Shown here: piece after piece, positions 26,091-38,539 of the stretch
How the letters are laid out: the number at the start of each line of letters is the position of its first letter
Position numbering within the stretch: position 1 is the stretch's first letter
The notes under the pieces: generated by a model
The model's database searches: none
What the model saw: the letters and a program-made list of their open reading frames with translations, nothing else
Told to the model about the DNA's origin: nothing
Assembly: GCF_963921235.1 (NCBI RefSeq)
Contig: NC_086097.1
Coordinates: forward strand, 93,126,001 to 93,190,000
DNA from: Mobula hypostoma
Taxonomy: Eukaryota
Direction of reading: 5' to 3'
DNA length: 64,000 nt
Made by a program: the position numbers and the translations under genes

Positions 26091-26204
26091 GATTTGCATT
26101 CAACAGCGCTCTAGCTCATCGGTAGCCAGTGGCAGGTTTGGAAGCTTGGGGAAGGCGTAGTGGAGTTTTATTGTTCATTTATTTTTTGACCCTTTTGTCC
26201 CTTC

Positions 26205-29200
26205 TGTAATACCGATGTGACTCGGACACCGCTGTAGATTGTACAACCATGTTTATTCACCAGACTTCCATTTTTACTTCTCCCCATCCTGACGTCATAC
26301 GCGCTCTGATGCTACGAATACTCACACAATACATTACATCCCTCTTCAAGATTTTTTTTTCTTTTTACAACACTGTGAATTGCCAAAACAATGCCTCTAG
26401 GTATGCCCTTCTTACAGTGCAACAATCATGACATAAACTAAAAAAAATCTTACCTTGTACTGTATTCTGCATTGTATCTTACAATACTAACAGCAGTGTA
26501 TTTTCTTTTACTAACATAGACTAATAAACCTTTTATTTCACACCTTGGAACTTATAGCACGTGAGACTTTGCCTCAAACTGTGTGAGACTGTATGTATGT
26601 CTAGTCTCTGTATCGAGCTGGAAGTTTGACTTGTCTCCCAGACCATGTGTGATACAACTGTGACTGTGCTTGTCCTTCATCCGTGTCAGTCTCTCGAGAG
26701 ACCTCTGTGTCTTTGCCGTCTGCATCACTCTTGGTGTCGTTTGTTTCCATGTCTGTATATGAGGAAATGTCCTGTGCATCTGTGCGTGGAAGCAGAGGCT
26801 CTCTTGGATTGCTGTTTTTGTTTTCATTACAGACAGCACACTGAGACACAATGTCTTCTATCTGAGTTGACATGCCTGGCCAATAGAGAATGTCCCTTGC
26901 TCTTTCTTTACATTTCACTATCCCCAGGGGTGACTCATGAATTCTGCTGAGCATTTCCTGTCTCATTTGGTTTGGTACGATGAGTTTTGCCGTTTTGAAC
27001 AGTAGTCCTGATGCATAGCTGATTTCCTCTTTAAATGTCCAGTATTTCTGCATTTCCTTTGGAACATCTTTTCTTTCTGTTGGCCATCCATTCATTGTAA
27101 TGTCTCTTAGCATTTGCATTTCAGGATCATCTGCAGTCGCTTTCCTGAACATGTTCAACTTCTCCTCAGAGATGGGTAGCTGAGGTGTAACCCAGTTGAC
27201 CTCCAGCTCTCTTCCTAGCAACTCCTCCTTTTGTTCTTTGAGGTAAGCACGGCTCAAAGCATCAGCGATGTACAGTTCTTTTCCTGGCTTATAGGTGACT
27301 GTGAGAGTGTACCTCTGTAGCTTGAGAAGCATCCTTTGCAGCCTCATAGGAGCTTGGTGGAGTGGCCTTTTGAAGATGCTCTCAAGTGGTTTGTGATCAC
27401 TCTCAACCTGGATTTCTTTGCCATATACATATTGGTGGAACTTCTCACACTCGTAAACTATGGCGAGTAATTCCTTCTCGATTTGAGCATATCGGCGTTG
27501 ACAGTCCGTTACTGCTCATGATCCATACGCTACAGGCCTCCCATCCTGCAGTATAACAGCTCCTATTCCCTCTGAACTGGCATCCACAGACATCGTCACC
27601 AGTTTATTGACATCATAGAACTTGAGTGCTGGTGCATTGGTAACCAACTGCTTCAATGTGTCAAAACTTTTCTTTTGTTCGTCTTCCCAATGCCATTCAG
27701 TGTTGCTCTCTAGTAGCTTTCGGAGTGGAGCGCTGACCTCTGTTAAATTGGGAATGAATTTGGCAAGATACTGTATCACGCCCATGAACCTCAATAGTTC
27801 TTGCTTGTCTTCGGGTGGTGGTAGCTATACCACAGCTCTGACCTTTTCATCATCTGGTTTTAGCCCATCAGCGCTCAGTACATGACCTATATATTTGATC
27901 TCTGTAGTTTTGATCTTACATTTATTTTTGTTCAGTTTTAGGTTGTACTCACGTGCTCTCTCCAGGAGCTTCCTCAGTCTCTGATCATGTTCCTCAATTG
28001 TGTCACCCCATATCACGGCCATATTCCACCGAGATACGACACTGGGTGTCATGGGAGGTTGTTCCTGACTGTGGCCATTGAACTTTGTAGCTCCTCCCGT
28101 GGAGGGTCAGACACCCTGAGCCAATAGGCTGGTCCTGGACTTATTTCCATCTGGCATAGTTTGCATATTGTTGTTTGATTGTTTGTGGTTTTTGTATTGC
28201 TATATTTATCCTCTATTCTTGGTTGGTGCAGCTGTAACGAAACCCAATTTCCCTCGGGATCAATAAAGTATATCTATCTATCTATCTATCTATCAGCAAA
28301 TCATCAATGATGTTGACCACCCAGTCCAGGCCTTCAATCATTTGTGCCACGGATCTCTGGAATACCTCTGACGCAGAAGAAATCCCAAAGGGTAGACGCA
28401 GGAAATGATATCTCCCTATAGGCGTGTTGGAAGTGCATAATTTGGAACTTTCTTCATCCAGCTTGATCTGCCAGAAACCTTGATTTGCGTCTAATACTTA
28501 AAAGTATTTTGCATTAGGCATGCGGGAGACAACCTCTTCAACTGTGAGCAGTGGATAGTGCTCTCTTTTAATGGCTTGGTTGAGAGCTTGTGGATCCATG
28601 CAAATCCTCGTCTTTTTATCTGTGACCACTGTCACCATACTATTCACCCAGTCGGTCGGTTCTATTTGTCTTGTTATGACTCCCATCTGTTCCATTTTGA
28701 GTAGCTCCTCCACTACTTGATCCCTGAGAGCTACTGGAATCTTTCTTGGGGCATGCACGACTGGTGCAATAGTTGGATCAATCTGGATATGGTGTTTCCC
28801 TAGTAAACATCCTAATCCAGAAAACAGGTCATCAAAGTCTTTGAGAATGTCTTTTTTTTTTCAACACCATAGATTGGCTTCACCAGGCCTAGCTTTGTGC
28901 ATGTTGCTTTGCCCAGTATTGCTGGAACATGTTGCTGTACTATTTCAAACTTGATCTTGTATTGTTGACCTTTGTACACACAGGTGAGTGCTTTTTTGCC
29001 CAGTGGCGCCTTCTTGTAGCCGAAATATGCAACAAGCTTGCAGATGGATTTTCTCAGTCTTCCTCTGATGTCCAGTGAGTTGAATGTTTCTGCTGACATT
29101 ACATTGCCCTTTGCCCCAGTGTCAAGCTTAAATGTCACATTCCTCCTGTTTATTATCAGATCTTGAGTCCAATCATCTTCATCCTCCATCTCTGCATTGT

Positions 29201-30222
29201 CAGTATTCTTGAGGCAACCCTCCTGTTCCACTTCAACTTTGCCAATGAACATGTCACTGTTGCCCTCACTCTGTTCCACAGCATGCATTTTCCTTGCGTG
29301 CTCCTTCAATTTGCACATCTTTGCAAAGTGATTTCTTTTCTGGCATAACTTGCTTGTCTGACCAAAGGCTGGACGTTTTCTGTATCCATGTTTATAACCA
29401 CATCTGTTGCAGTTAACTTCCTTTTGATCATCCTTTGGAGCTGGCTTTGACCTACTCTTGCCAATTTTCACAGTTTTTATTTTGTGCACTTCAATCCCTT
29501 CATTGAGCACTTTAACCTGACTTGACGTGATCTCGCTGGCACGGCAAACATCAATCGCCTTTTCTAATGTAAGATCCGCCTCTCTCAATAGCCTGCCTCT
29601 CACATGATCATCCCGTATGCCGCATACAATCCTGTCACGTATTAAAGAGTCATGCAGTTGTCCAAACTCACAGTCTTTAATGCCTTGTTCTTCAGATCTG
29701 TTACATAGGCGTCTATGGTCTCTATTGGTCCTTGAGCCCTCGTGAAAAACATATGTCGGATGTATGGTAGGTTTTTTCTCGGTTTGCAGTAATCTTGAAA
29801 CTTTTTCTTCAACTCTTCATTTTTATCTTGCTCATCATCTTGGAAGACAAACGTGTTGCAAACCTTTATTGCCTCTTCCTCCACCATATGCAGAAATATA
29901 GCACATTGCACCTTCTCCGTCTTTTCAGCTGCGCCGGTAGCGGTGCAAAACAGCTCAAACTTCTGGATCCACATTTTCCAGTTCTCAGCAAGATGACCCT
30001 GTAGGTGTAAACTTGACGCTGGCTGTGACTGTGACATCTTTTACGTGTCTTCTCTTCCTTTTTCTTTCGTGATTTCTTCTGACACCATGTAATATTGATG
30101 TGACTCGGACACCGCTGTAGATTGAACAACCACGTTTATTCACCAGGCTTCCATTTTTTACCTCTCTACGTCCTGACATCATACGCACTCTGACGCGACG
30201 AATACTCACACGATACATTATG
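26205..30222 (-). mobile_element. Decayed Gypsy (Mag-like) LTR retrotransposon with short LTRs
   Basis: LTRs 26205-26338 and 30088-30222; TSD CCTTC/TCTTC; PBS TGGTGTCAGAAG (tRNA-Leu type); PPT GAAGAGGGA; gag (ENWKMWIQKF, tandem CCHC remnants), protease FKLDTGA, RT IIDDLL, RNase H VDASSEGIGAV, integrase Zn-binding region; integrase core deleted. Confidence 0.95.
28016..28290 (+). mobile_element. Rex1-type LINE 3' end inserted in the Gypsy RT
   Basis: Remnant GRLFLTVAIELCSSS; 3' end AATTTCCCTCGGGATCAATAAAGTA(TATC)n; TSD TATCA (28011-28015, 28291-28295). Confidence 0.8.
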
Positions 30223-30244
30223 TCTTCAAGCTGCTCCGCCTAGT

Positions 30245-30400
30245 GATCCTCCAGTTTAATCCTGTCTAATCACAGGACAATTTCCAATGACCAAGTGGTA
30301 CATCTCTGGAATGTCGGAGGAAACTCATATGGTCATGGAGAGAACATACAAACTCCTTACAGGCAACACCGGGAAGTTGGAGGAGACAGAGAGGGAACTC
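30245..30400 (-). mobile_element. HE1/V-SINE-like remnant
   Basis: GGAATGTCGGAGGAAAC...GAGAACATACAAACTCCTTACAG. Confidence 0.6.
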
Positions 30401-30438
30401 TAGTGGGTAGAGCTTGGCAACTGCTGACAATCCAGTAC

Positions 30439-31232
30439 CAGACATCCCACCCTGCAAAAACTCATTTCAGGGAGGTAGCACCCCCGCCCCCCGCAACCCC
30501 ATATTCCCCCCCACCCCCGTTGACCCCCAAGGGTGTATGTAATACTTTGTTTAGTGATTTTGTCTAATCTGTAAACCAAGTTGGGTATATGCAGAAAATG
30601 TGACATTAAAATATGTACTTATATTATATTATGTTATCATGTTTATTCTATTACAACCTTAAGCAAGTCTACAGGGAGTTTGGCCTCATCATGTAGGACA
30701 TCAAAAGAGTAGCTCCTTAGCAGCCAGCCAGCTGGTTTAAATAACATTAGCTACGCTAATGAACAAATGACACCTATTAAACTCACCTCAACATGTCTTT
30801 TACAGTCTTAACCCACCATGGACAATAGAAAAGTCACTGTTGCAAACAGTGCAGCGAGCAACACTGTCATTATTTTTGATCCCTATTAGGCAGGGGTACA
30901 CTTTAGTGTAGTCTGGGGTGAACTGCATTTTATATATTTTTTTGAAACACTCTGCCATGGCGGTGCAGGACACGAAACTGAACTGATGGAGAGACAGAGG
31001 TCGACTGTAAAGCCCGCCCGCAGAGAAAACTGATTGGTCTCTCTTCGTGCTAAGTAGACCAATCAGGATGCTCACTCTTGCTCCCGCTCTCGATCTTGCT
31101 CCCGCTCCAGCTCTCGCTCTCCCTCTCAAAAAAAATCAATTTCCGGGATACTGTATATAACTTGTGGGTGTCAGGGAGCTGCCATCAATATTTGGGAGAC
31201 TCCTGGAACTTCCGGAAGAGGTGGGGTGTCTG
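30439..31232 (-). mobile_element. Non-autonomous hAT-like DNA transposon (internal deletion derivative)
   Basis: TIRs CAGACA(T/C)CCCACC; BED-finger-like remnant FTPDYTKVYPCL...ARCTVCNSDFSIVHGG; flanks CAGTAC/CAATAC. Confidence 0.8.
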
Positions 31233-31457
31233 CAATACCCCCACCCCCCACCAACATCCATGGTGGACCATAGGATATCAGAAGGGTGCACTATGGATCA
31301 TCCAGTTAACAAGAAAACACTAAAATGGCCCTACAACTGTTAAAACGATAGACTGCACAGAACACGAGGAAATCTGCAGATGCTGGAATTTCAAGCAACA
31401 CACACAAAAAATGCTGGTGAACACAACAGGCCAGGCAGCATCTCTAGGAAGAGGTAC

Positions 31458-31493
31458 AGTCGATGTTTCAGGCCGAGACCCTTCATCAGGACT
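31458..31493 (-). ncRNA. Minimal hammerhead ribozyme motif (stem III variant)
   Basis: AGTC-CTGATGA-A-GGGT CTCG GCCT-GAAAC-ATC-GACT. Confidence 0.7.
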
Positions 31494-31710
31494 AACTGAA
31501 AGAAGAGACAGTAAGAGATTTGAAAGTGGGAGGGGGAGGGGGAGATCCGAAATGATAGGAGAAGACAGGAGGGGGAGGGATGGAGCTAAGAGCTGGAAAG
31601 TTGATTGGCAAAAGGGATATGAGAGGATTCCTGGCCCCCATCATTTTATTTTCACCATGGATGTCCAGTCCCTATATACTTCCATCCGCCACCAGGAAGG
31701 TCTCAAAGCT

Positions 31711-34700
31711 TACTTTATACTTACTTTATACTTTGTCACCAAACGATTGGTACTAGAACGTACAATCATCACAGCGATATTTGATTCTGCGCTTCCCACT
31801 CCCTGGATTACAAATATTAAATAATAAAAATATTTAAAATAGTTAAAATGAATAAATATTAAAAATTTAAATTATAAATCATAAATAGAAAATAGAAAAA
31901 TGGAAAGTAAGGTAGTACAAAAAAACTGAGAGGCAGGTCCGGATATTTGGAGGGTACAGCCCAGATCCGGGTCAGGATCCGTTCAGCAGTCTTATCACAG
32001 TTGGAAAGAAGCTGTTCCCAAATCTGGCCATATGAGTCTCCAAGCTCCTGAACCTTCTCCCGGAGGGAAGAGGGACAAAAAGTGTGTTGGCTGAGTGGGT
32101 CGTGTCCTTGATTATCCTGGCAGCATTACTTCGACAGCATACGGTATAAAGTGAGTCCACGGACAGAAGATTAGTTTGTGTGATGTGCTGCGCCATGTTC
32201 ACGATCTTCTGCAGCTTCTTCCGGTCTTGGACAGGACAACTTCCATACCAGGTTGTGATGCACCCTAGAAGAATGCTTTCTACGGTGCATCTATAAAAAT
32301 TAGTGAGGGATTTAGGGGACAGGTCAAATTTCTTTAGCTTTCTCAGGAAGTAAAGGTGCTGGTGGGCCTTCTTGGCAGTGAACTCTGCTTGGTTGGACCA
32401 AGTCAGGTCATTTGTGATATTAGACCATAAGACCATAAGACAAAGGAGCAGAAGTAGGCCATTCGGCCCATCGAGTCTGCTCCGCCATTTTATCATGAGC
32501 TGATTCATTTTATCCTATTTAGTCCCGCTGCCCCGCCTTCTCACCATAACCTTTGATGCCCTGGGTACTCAGATACCTATCAATCTCTGCCTTAAATACA
32601 CCCAATGACTTGGCCTCCACTGCTGCCCGTGGCAACAAATTCCATAGATTCACCACCCTCTGACTAAAAAAATTTCTTCGCATTTCTGTTCTGAAAGGGC
32701 GCCCTTCAATCTTGAAGTCATGCCCTCTCGTACTAGACTCCCCCATCATGGGAAACAACCTTGCCACATCCACTCTGTCCATGCCTTTCAACATTCGAAA
32801 TGTTTCTATGAGGTCTCCCCTCATTCTTCTAAACTCCAAGAAATACAGTCCAAGAGCGGACAAATGTTCCTCATATGTTAACCCTCTCATTCCCAGAATC
32901 ATTCTCGTGAATCTTCTCTGTACCCTCTCCAACGTCAGCACATCCTTTCTTAAATAAGGAGACCAAAACTGCCCACAGTACTCCAAGTGAGGTCTCACCA
33001 GCACCTTATAGAGCCTCAACATCACATCCCTGCTCCTATACTCTATTCCTCTAGAAATGAATGCCAACATTGCATTCGCCTTCTTCACTACTGACTCAAC
33101 CTGGAGGTTAACTTTAAGGGAATCCTGTACGAGGACTCCCAAGTCTCGTTGCATCTCAGAACTTTGAATTCTCTCCCCATTGAAATAATAGTCTGCCCGT
33201 TTATTTTTTCTGCCAAAGTGCATAACCATACACTTTCCAACATTGTACTTCATTTGCCACTTCTCTGCCCATTCTTCCAATCTATCCAAGTCTCTCCGTT
33301 TCCTCAGCACTACCGGTCCCTCCACCTATCTTCGTATCATCAGCAAACTTAGCCACAAAGCCATCTATTCCATAATCCAGATCGTTGATGTACAATGTAA
33401 AAAGAAGCGGCCCCAACACTGATCCCTGTGGAACACCACTGGTAACCGGCAGCCAACCAGAATTGGATCCCTTTATTCCCACTCTCTGTTTCCTGACAAT
33501 CAGCCAACGCTCTATCCACGTATGTAACTTTCCCGTAATTCCATGGGCTCTTATCTTGTTAAGTAGCCTCATGTGTGGCACCTTGTCAAAGGCCTTCTGA
33601 AAATCCAAATATACAACATCCACAGCATCTCCCTTGCCTAGCCTACTGGTAATTTCCTCAAAAAATTGTAATAGGTTTGTCAGGCAGGATTTTCCTTTAA
33701 GGAATCCATGCTGAGTTCTGCCTATCTTGTCATATGCCTCCAGGTACTCCATAACCTCATCCTTGACAATCGACTCCAACAACTTCCCAACCACCGACGT
33801 CAAGCTAACAGGTCTATAATTTCCTTTTTGCTTCCTTACCCCCTTCTTAAATCGCCGAGTGACATTTGCAATCTTCCAGTCTTCCGGAACCATGCCAGAA
33901 TCTATCGACTTTTGAAAGATCATCGCTAATGCCTCCGCAATCTCCACAGCTACTTCCTTCAGAACACGAGGGTGCATTCCATCTGGTCCAGAAGATTTAT
34001 CGACCTTTAGCCTATTCAGCTTCCTAAGTACTTTCTCTGTCGTAATTGTGACTGCGCACACTTCTCTACCCTGTCACCCTTGAGTGTCCGGTATCCTGCT
34101 GTCTTCCTCAGTGAAGACTAATGCAAAATACTTGTTCAGTTCCTCTGCCACCTCCTCATCTCCCATTACAATTTCTCCAGTATCATTTTCTATCGGTCCT
34201 ATATCTACTCTCACCTGTCTTTTACTCTTTATATACTTGAAAAAGCTTTTAGTATCCTCTTTGATATTATTTGCTAGTTTCCTTTCATAGTTAATCTTTT
34301 CTCTCTTAATGACCTTCTTGGTTTCCTTTTGTAAGGTTTTAAAAACTTCCCAATCCTCTGTCTTCCCACTAATTTTTGCTTCTTTGTATGCCCTCTCCTT
34401 AGCTTTAACTTTGGCTTTGACTTCTCTTGTCAACCACAGTTGCATCCTTTTTCCACTCGAAAATTTCTTCTGTTTTGGAATATACCTGTCTTGCACATTC
34501 CTCATTTTTTGCATAAACTCCAGCCACTGCTGCTCTGCCGTCTTTCCTGCCAGTGTCTCTTTCCAGTCAACTTTGGCCAGTTCCTCTCTCATGCCACTGT
34601 AGTTTCCTTTACTCCACTGAAACACCGACACATCAGATTTCGGCTTCTCTTTTTCTAATTTCACAGTGAACTCAATCATGTTATGATCACTGCCTCCTAA

Positions 34701-36396
34701 GGGTTCCTTCACCTCAATCTCTCCAATCACCTCCGGTTCATTACACAATACCCAATCCAGTACAGCCAATCCCCTAGTGGGCCTGAGTAACTTAAAGCTT
34801 TTGACCTGTTCCACTTGCGCACCACCGATGTAAATGGGGTCGTGCGGTCTGCTACTAGACCTCCAATCTAGCAAGATCAAGATCAACAACACCCTGGCGA
34901 AGTTACTGACCCAGCTGGAGACCACCGCGCCAGAACTGCTTCTTAAACTACGGACCGCACCTGGACCCAGAAGCTTCTCTGGAGTGACCATCGTAAAGCC
35001 CCGCTGGTGGCCATCCACAGCTGCTGGAAGTGAGGCCTCCGCCGCCGACCTCGGAAATCAAGCCTGAGGCTCGGCTGGAGAAGAGGCCTCCGCAACCGTG
35101 ACTCGGCTTAAGGACTTGTTTCAGCCAGGAGCCCGGCCGTCCGGGATTAAGTGTTGGCTTCAGGGCCCAACCCAATTGACAGCCCGGGCCCCCGGCAGCT
35201 GGAAGTGGCAGTGGAGCCTCCCCCGTTACTCGGCCCAACCCGGAACGCACGACGACGCGACCCGCCGATCAATTCCCACAGGATGTGTCCACCTACCTCA
35301 AAGAGCTGACAACAACACACTGCATCGATGGAAACCTGGAAAGATGCATTATTTACTGAGGAAGCATGGGAAAAGAGCTGGGCTGCTGATCAGATTGAAG
35401 CTGAGGGGCTTCAGGGTCCCTATGCCACCATCCTACTAGCTAATGTGCAAGCCATAGAGAACAAGGTGGATGATCTTAAAGGGAGACTCACCTACTGCAG
35501 GGAGATGCAGAACTGCTGTGTATTCTGTTTCACCGAGACCTGGCTCTCCCCTGCCACCCCCGACTGTGCCATCCGACCGGAGGGATTTTCGATCCATCGG
35601 ATGGACCACACGGCATCTTCGGGCAAGACATGGGGAGGTGGTGTCTGCCTACTGATCAACACTGGGTGGTTCTCGGACACAGTGGCACTGACAAGCTCCT
35701 GCAACCTGGACCTGGAACACCTGTCGGTGAAGTGTCGTCCCTACTATCTGCCACGGGAATTCACCTTGGTCATACTGACAGCGGTCTACACTCCCCCCCA
35801 GGCGGACGTGGAGTGTGCTCTGAACATACTGTATGCCAACATCAGTGAACTTGAGACCAGGTATCTGGAGGCTTTGCTCATTACAGCCGGGGACTTTAAC
35901 CAGACCAACCTCAAAGGTGCTGCCAAAGTTATACCAACATGTCTTCTGCCCTACTAGAGGCCTGAATATACTTAACCACTGCTACACAGCAGTCAAGGAT
36001 GCCTACCGTTCCGTCCCACAACCTCACTTCAGAAAATCAGACCATCAGGCCGTACTCCTCCTCCCGGCTTACAAACAGAAACTGAAGCGGGAGGTCACGG
36101 TGTCAAAAGTGGTGTCGCATTGGATGGAGGAAACGGATGAGGTCCTCCGTGACTGCTTTGAATCGGTGGACTGCTTAGTATTCAAGGACTCGGCAGCTAA
36201 CCTCGATGAGTATGCCTCAGCTGTCATGGACTTTATTTGGAAATGCACGGAGGACAGTGTGTCTCGCAAGACGATCCGGGTATTCCCTAACCGGAAACCT
36301 TGGATGAATTATGAGGTCAAGTCCCTTTTAAAGGCTAGAGCTGCGGCTTTTAGGTCCAGGAATACCAGTCGCTACACGGAATCTAGGCGTGAACTC
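31711..36396 (-). mobile_element. Rex1/Babar LINE with 5' inversion (3' part on minus at 31711-32420 and 34783-about 34860; APE part on plus at about 34860-36396)
   Basis: Minus: HDPIYIGGAQVEQVKSFKLL | NITNDLTWS...KKAHQHLYFLRKL...FFPTVIRLLN with tail AAAGTATAAAGTA; plus: LLANVQAIENK, FTETWL, GGGV, AGDFN, SDH. Confidence 0.9.
32421..34782 (-). mobile_element. 5'-truncated CR1 LINE inserted in Rex1
   Basis: ORFs 34074-, 33282-34061 and 32519-33325 with QGSVLGP and FADD; tail (TATGGTCT)n. Confidence 0.96.
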
Positions 36397-37984
36397 CGCT
36401 TCTTTTTGGATTCCAGACCTAACCAGTTCCCCTCTACCACCACTCTGCTCTGTCTAGCAGAATTAGTCCTTACTCTTAATAATTTCTCCTTTGGCTCCTC
36501 CCACTTCCTCCAAACTAGAGGTGTAGCTATGGGCACCTGTATGGGTCCTAGCTATGCCTGCCTTTTTGTTGGCTTTGTGGAACAATCCATATTCCAAGCC
36601 TATACTGGTATCTGTCCCCCACTTTTCCTTCGCTACATTGACGACTGCATTGGCGCTGCTTCCTGCACGCATGCTGAGTTCGTTGACTTCATTAACTTTG
36701 CCTCCAACTTTCACCCTGCCCTCAGGTTTACCTGGTCCATTTCCAACACCTCCCTCCCCTTTCTTGATCTTTCTGTCTCTATCTCTGGAGACAGCTTATC
36801 TACTGATGTCTACTATAGTCTATGGACTCTCACAGCTACCTGGAGTATTCCTCTTCTCACCTTGTCTCTTGCAAAAATGCCATCCCCTTCTCGCAATTCC
36901 TCCGTCTCTGCCGCATCTGCTCTCAGGATGAGGCTTTTCATTCCAGGATGAAGTTGATGTACTCCTTTTTTAAAGAAAGGGGCTTCCCTTCCTCCACCAT
37001 CATTTCTGCGCTCAAATGCATCACTCCCATTTCACGCACATCTGCCCTCACCCCAGCCTTCCACCACCCCACTAGGAATAGGGTTCCCCTTGTCCTCACC
37101 TACCACCCCACCAGCCTCCTGGTCCAACATATAATTCTCCGTAACTTCTGCTATCTCCAATGGGATCCCACCACTAAGCACATCTTTCCCTCTCCCCCTC
37201 TCTCTTCTTTCCGCAGGGATCGCTCCCTATGCGACTCCCTTGTCCATTCGTCCCCCACATCCCTTCTCACCGATCTCCCTCCCGGCACTTATCCTTGTAA
37301 GCGGAACAAGTGCTACACATGCCCTTACACTTCCTCCCTCACTGCCATTCAGGGCCCCAGGCAGTCCTTCCAGGTGAGGCGACACTTCACCTGTGAGTCG
37401 GCTGGGGTGATATACTGCGTCCGGTGCTCCTGATGTGGCCTTCTATATATTGGCGAGACCTGAAGCAGACTGGGAGATCGTTTTGCTGAACACCTACGCT
37501 CTGTCTGCCAGAGAAAGCAGGATCTCCCAGTGGCCACACATTTTAATTCCATGTCCCATTCACATTCTGATATGTCTATCCACGGCCTCCTCTACTATAA
37601 AGATGAGGCCACACTCAGGTTGGAGGAACAACACCTTATATTTCGTCTGGGTAGCCTCCAACCTGATGGCATGAACATTGACTTCTCAAATTTCCGTTAA
37701 TGCCCCACTTCCCCTTCGTATCCCATCCGTTATTAATTTTTTTTCTCTCTCTCCTTTTTCTCCCTCTGTCTATCTCACTACACTCCTTGCCCATCCTCTG
37801 GGCTTCCCCCCTCCCCCTGTCTTTCTTCCCGGACCTCCTGTCCCATGATCCTCTCGTATCCCCTTTTGCCTATCACCTGTCCAGCTCTTGGCTCCATCCC
37901 TCCCCCTCCTGTCTTCTCCTATCATTTCGGATCTTCCCCCCCCGCCTCCCACTTTCAAATCTCTTACTAGCTCTTCTTTCAGTT

Positions 37985-38020
37985 GGTCCTGCTGAAGGGT
38001 ATCGGCCTGAAACGTCGACT
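37985..38020 (+). ncRNA. Hammerhead motif with core mutation (probably inactive)
   Basis: GGTC-CTGCTGA-A-GGGT ATCG GCCT-GAAAC-GTC-GACT; A6 changed to C. Confidence 0.65.
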
Positions 38021-38539
38021 GTACCTCTTCCTATAGATACTGCCCGGCCTGCTGCGTTCGCCAGCAATTTTTAAGACTGTACTGACGTTGAATTATATAT
38101 TGGTTGATGAACTTTAATAAGCAGCTTGATCCATGTGTCTCCAGGGATCTGAGACAGGTCTAACACTTCACCAGTTTAAGCTTCACGAACTGCAGTACCA
38201 ATTTAATGTTTTCTTCCCATTTGTTTACACTTTAATTACATTAGTCAGGCCGGAGAGGATTTTAATCTAAATGCTTGGCACTTAAGAAGAGATTTTTCAG
38301 AGCAAATGTCCAATATTCTTCCGAGGCCTCGGGAAACCAATCTTCCCAGCCTATGCTTTGGAGTGGGAATGACGCGTAGGTGGACACGGAACACTGAGAA
38401 ACCAGCCAGACACCCTCCTCACTCTCACTCGACCCAGGTTTGTGCTGCCGGGGTGCTGACGCCTAGTCTTTTTCTTCACTTCTTGACATTGTATGTATCC
38501 TGACTGCCCCATGCAAGGCCCTGTTCAGGAGCAGCTAAG

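Larger units (their letters stand above)
31361..38073 (+). mobile_element. Neptune-type Penelope-like element (own sequence 31361-31710 and 36394-38073) interrupted by a Rex1/CR1 nest
   Basis: Inverted 5' terminal repeat 31361-31627; RT FTMDVQSLYTSIRHQEGLKA joins LRFFLDSRPNQ, GVAMG and RYIDD; Cys-rich linker CKRNKCYTC; GIY-YIG VIYCVRCS*CGLLYIGET; possible TSD AGACTGCACAG/AGACTGTACTG. Confidence 0.93.

Noticed and set aside
34074..35018. 314-aa novel protein
   Set aside because: A composite of antisense Rex1, a Rex1 RT fragment and CR1 ORF2 read across insertion junctions.
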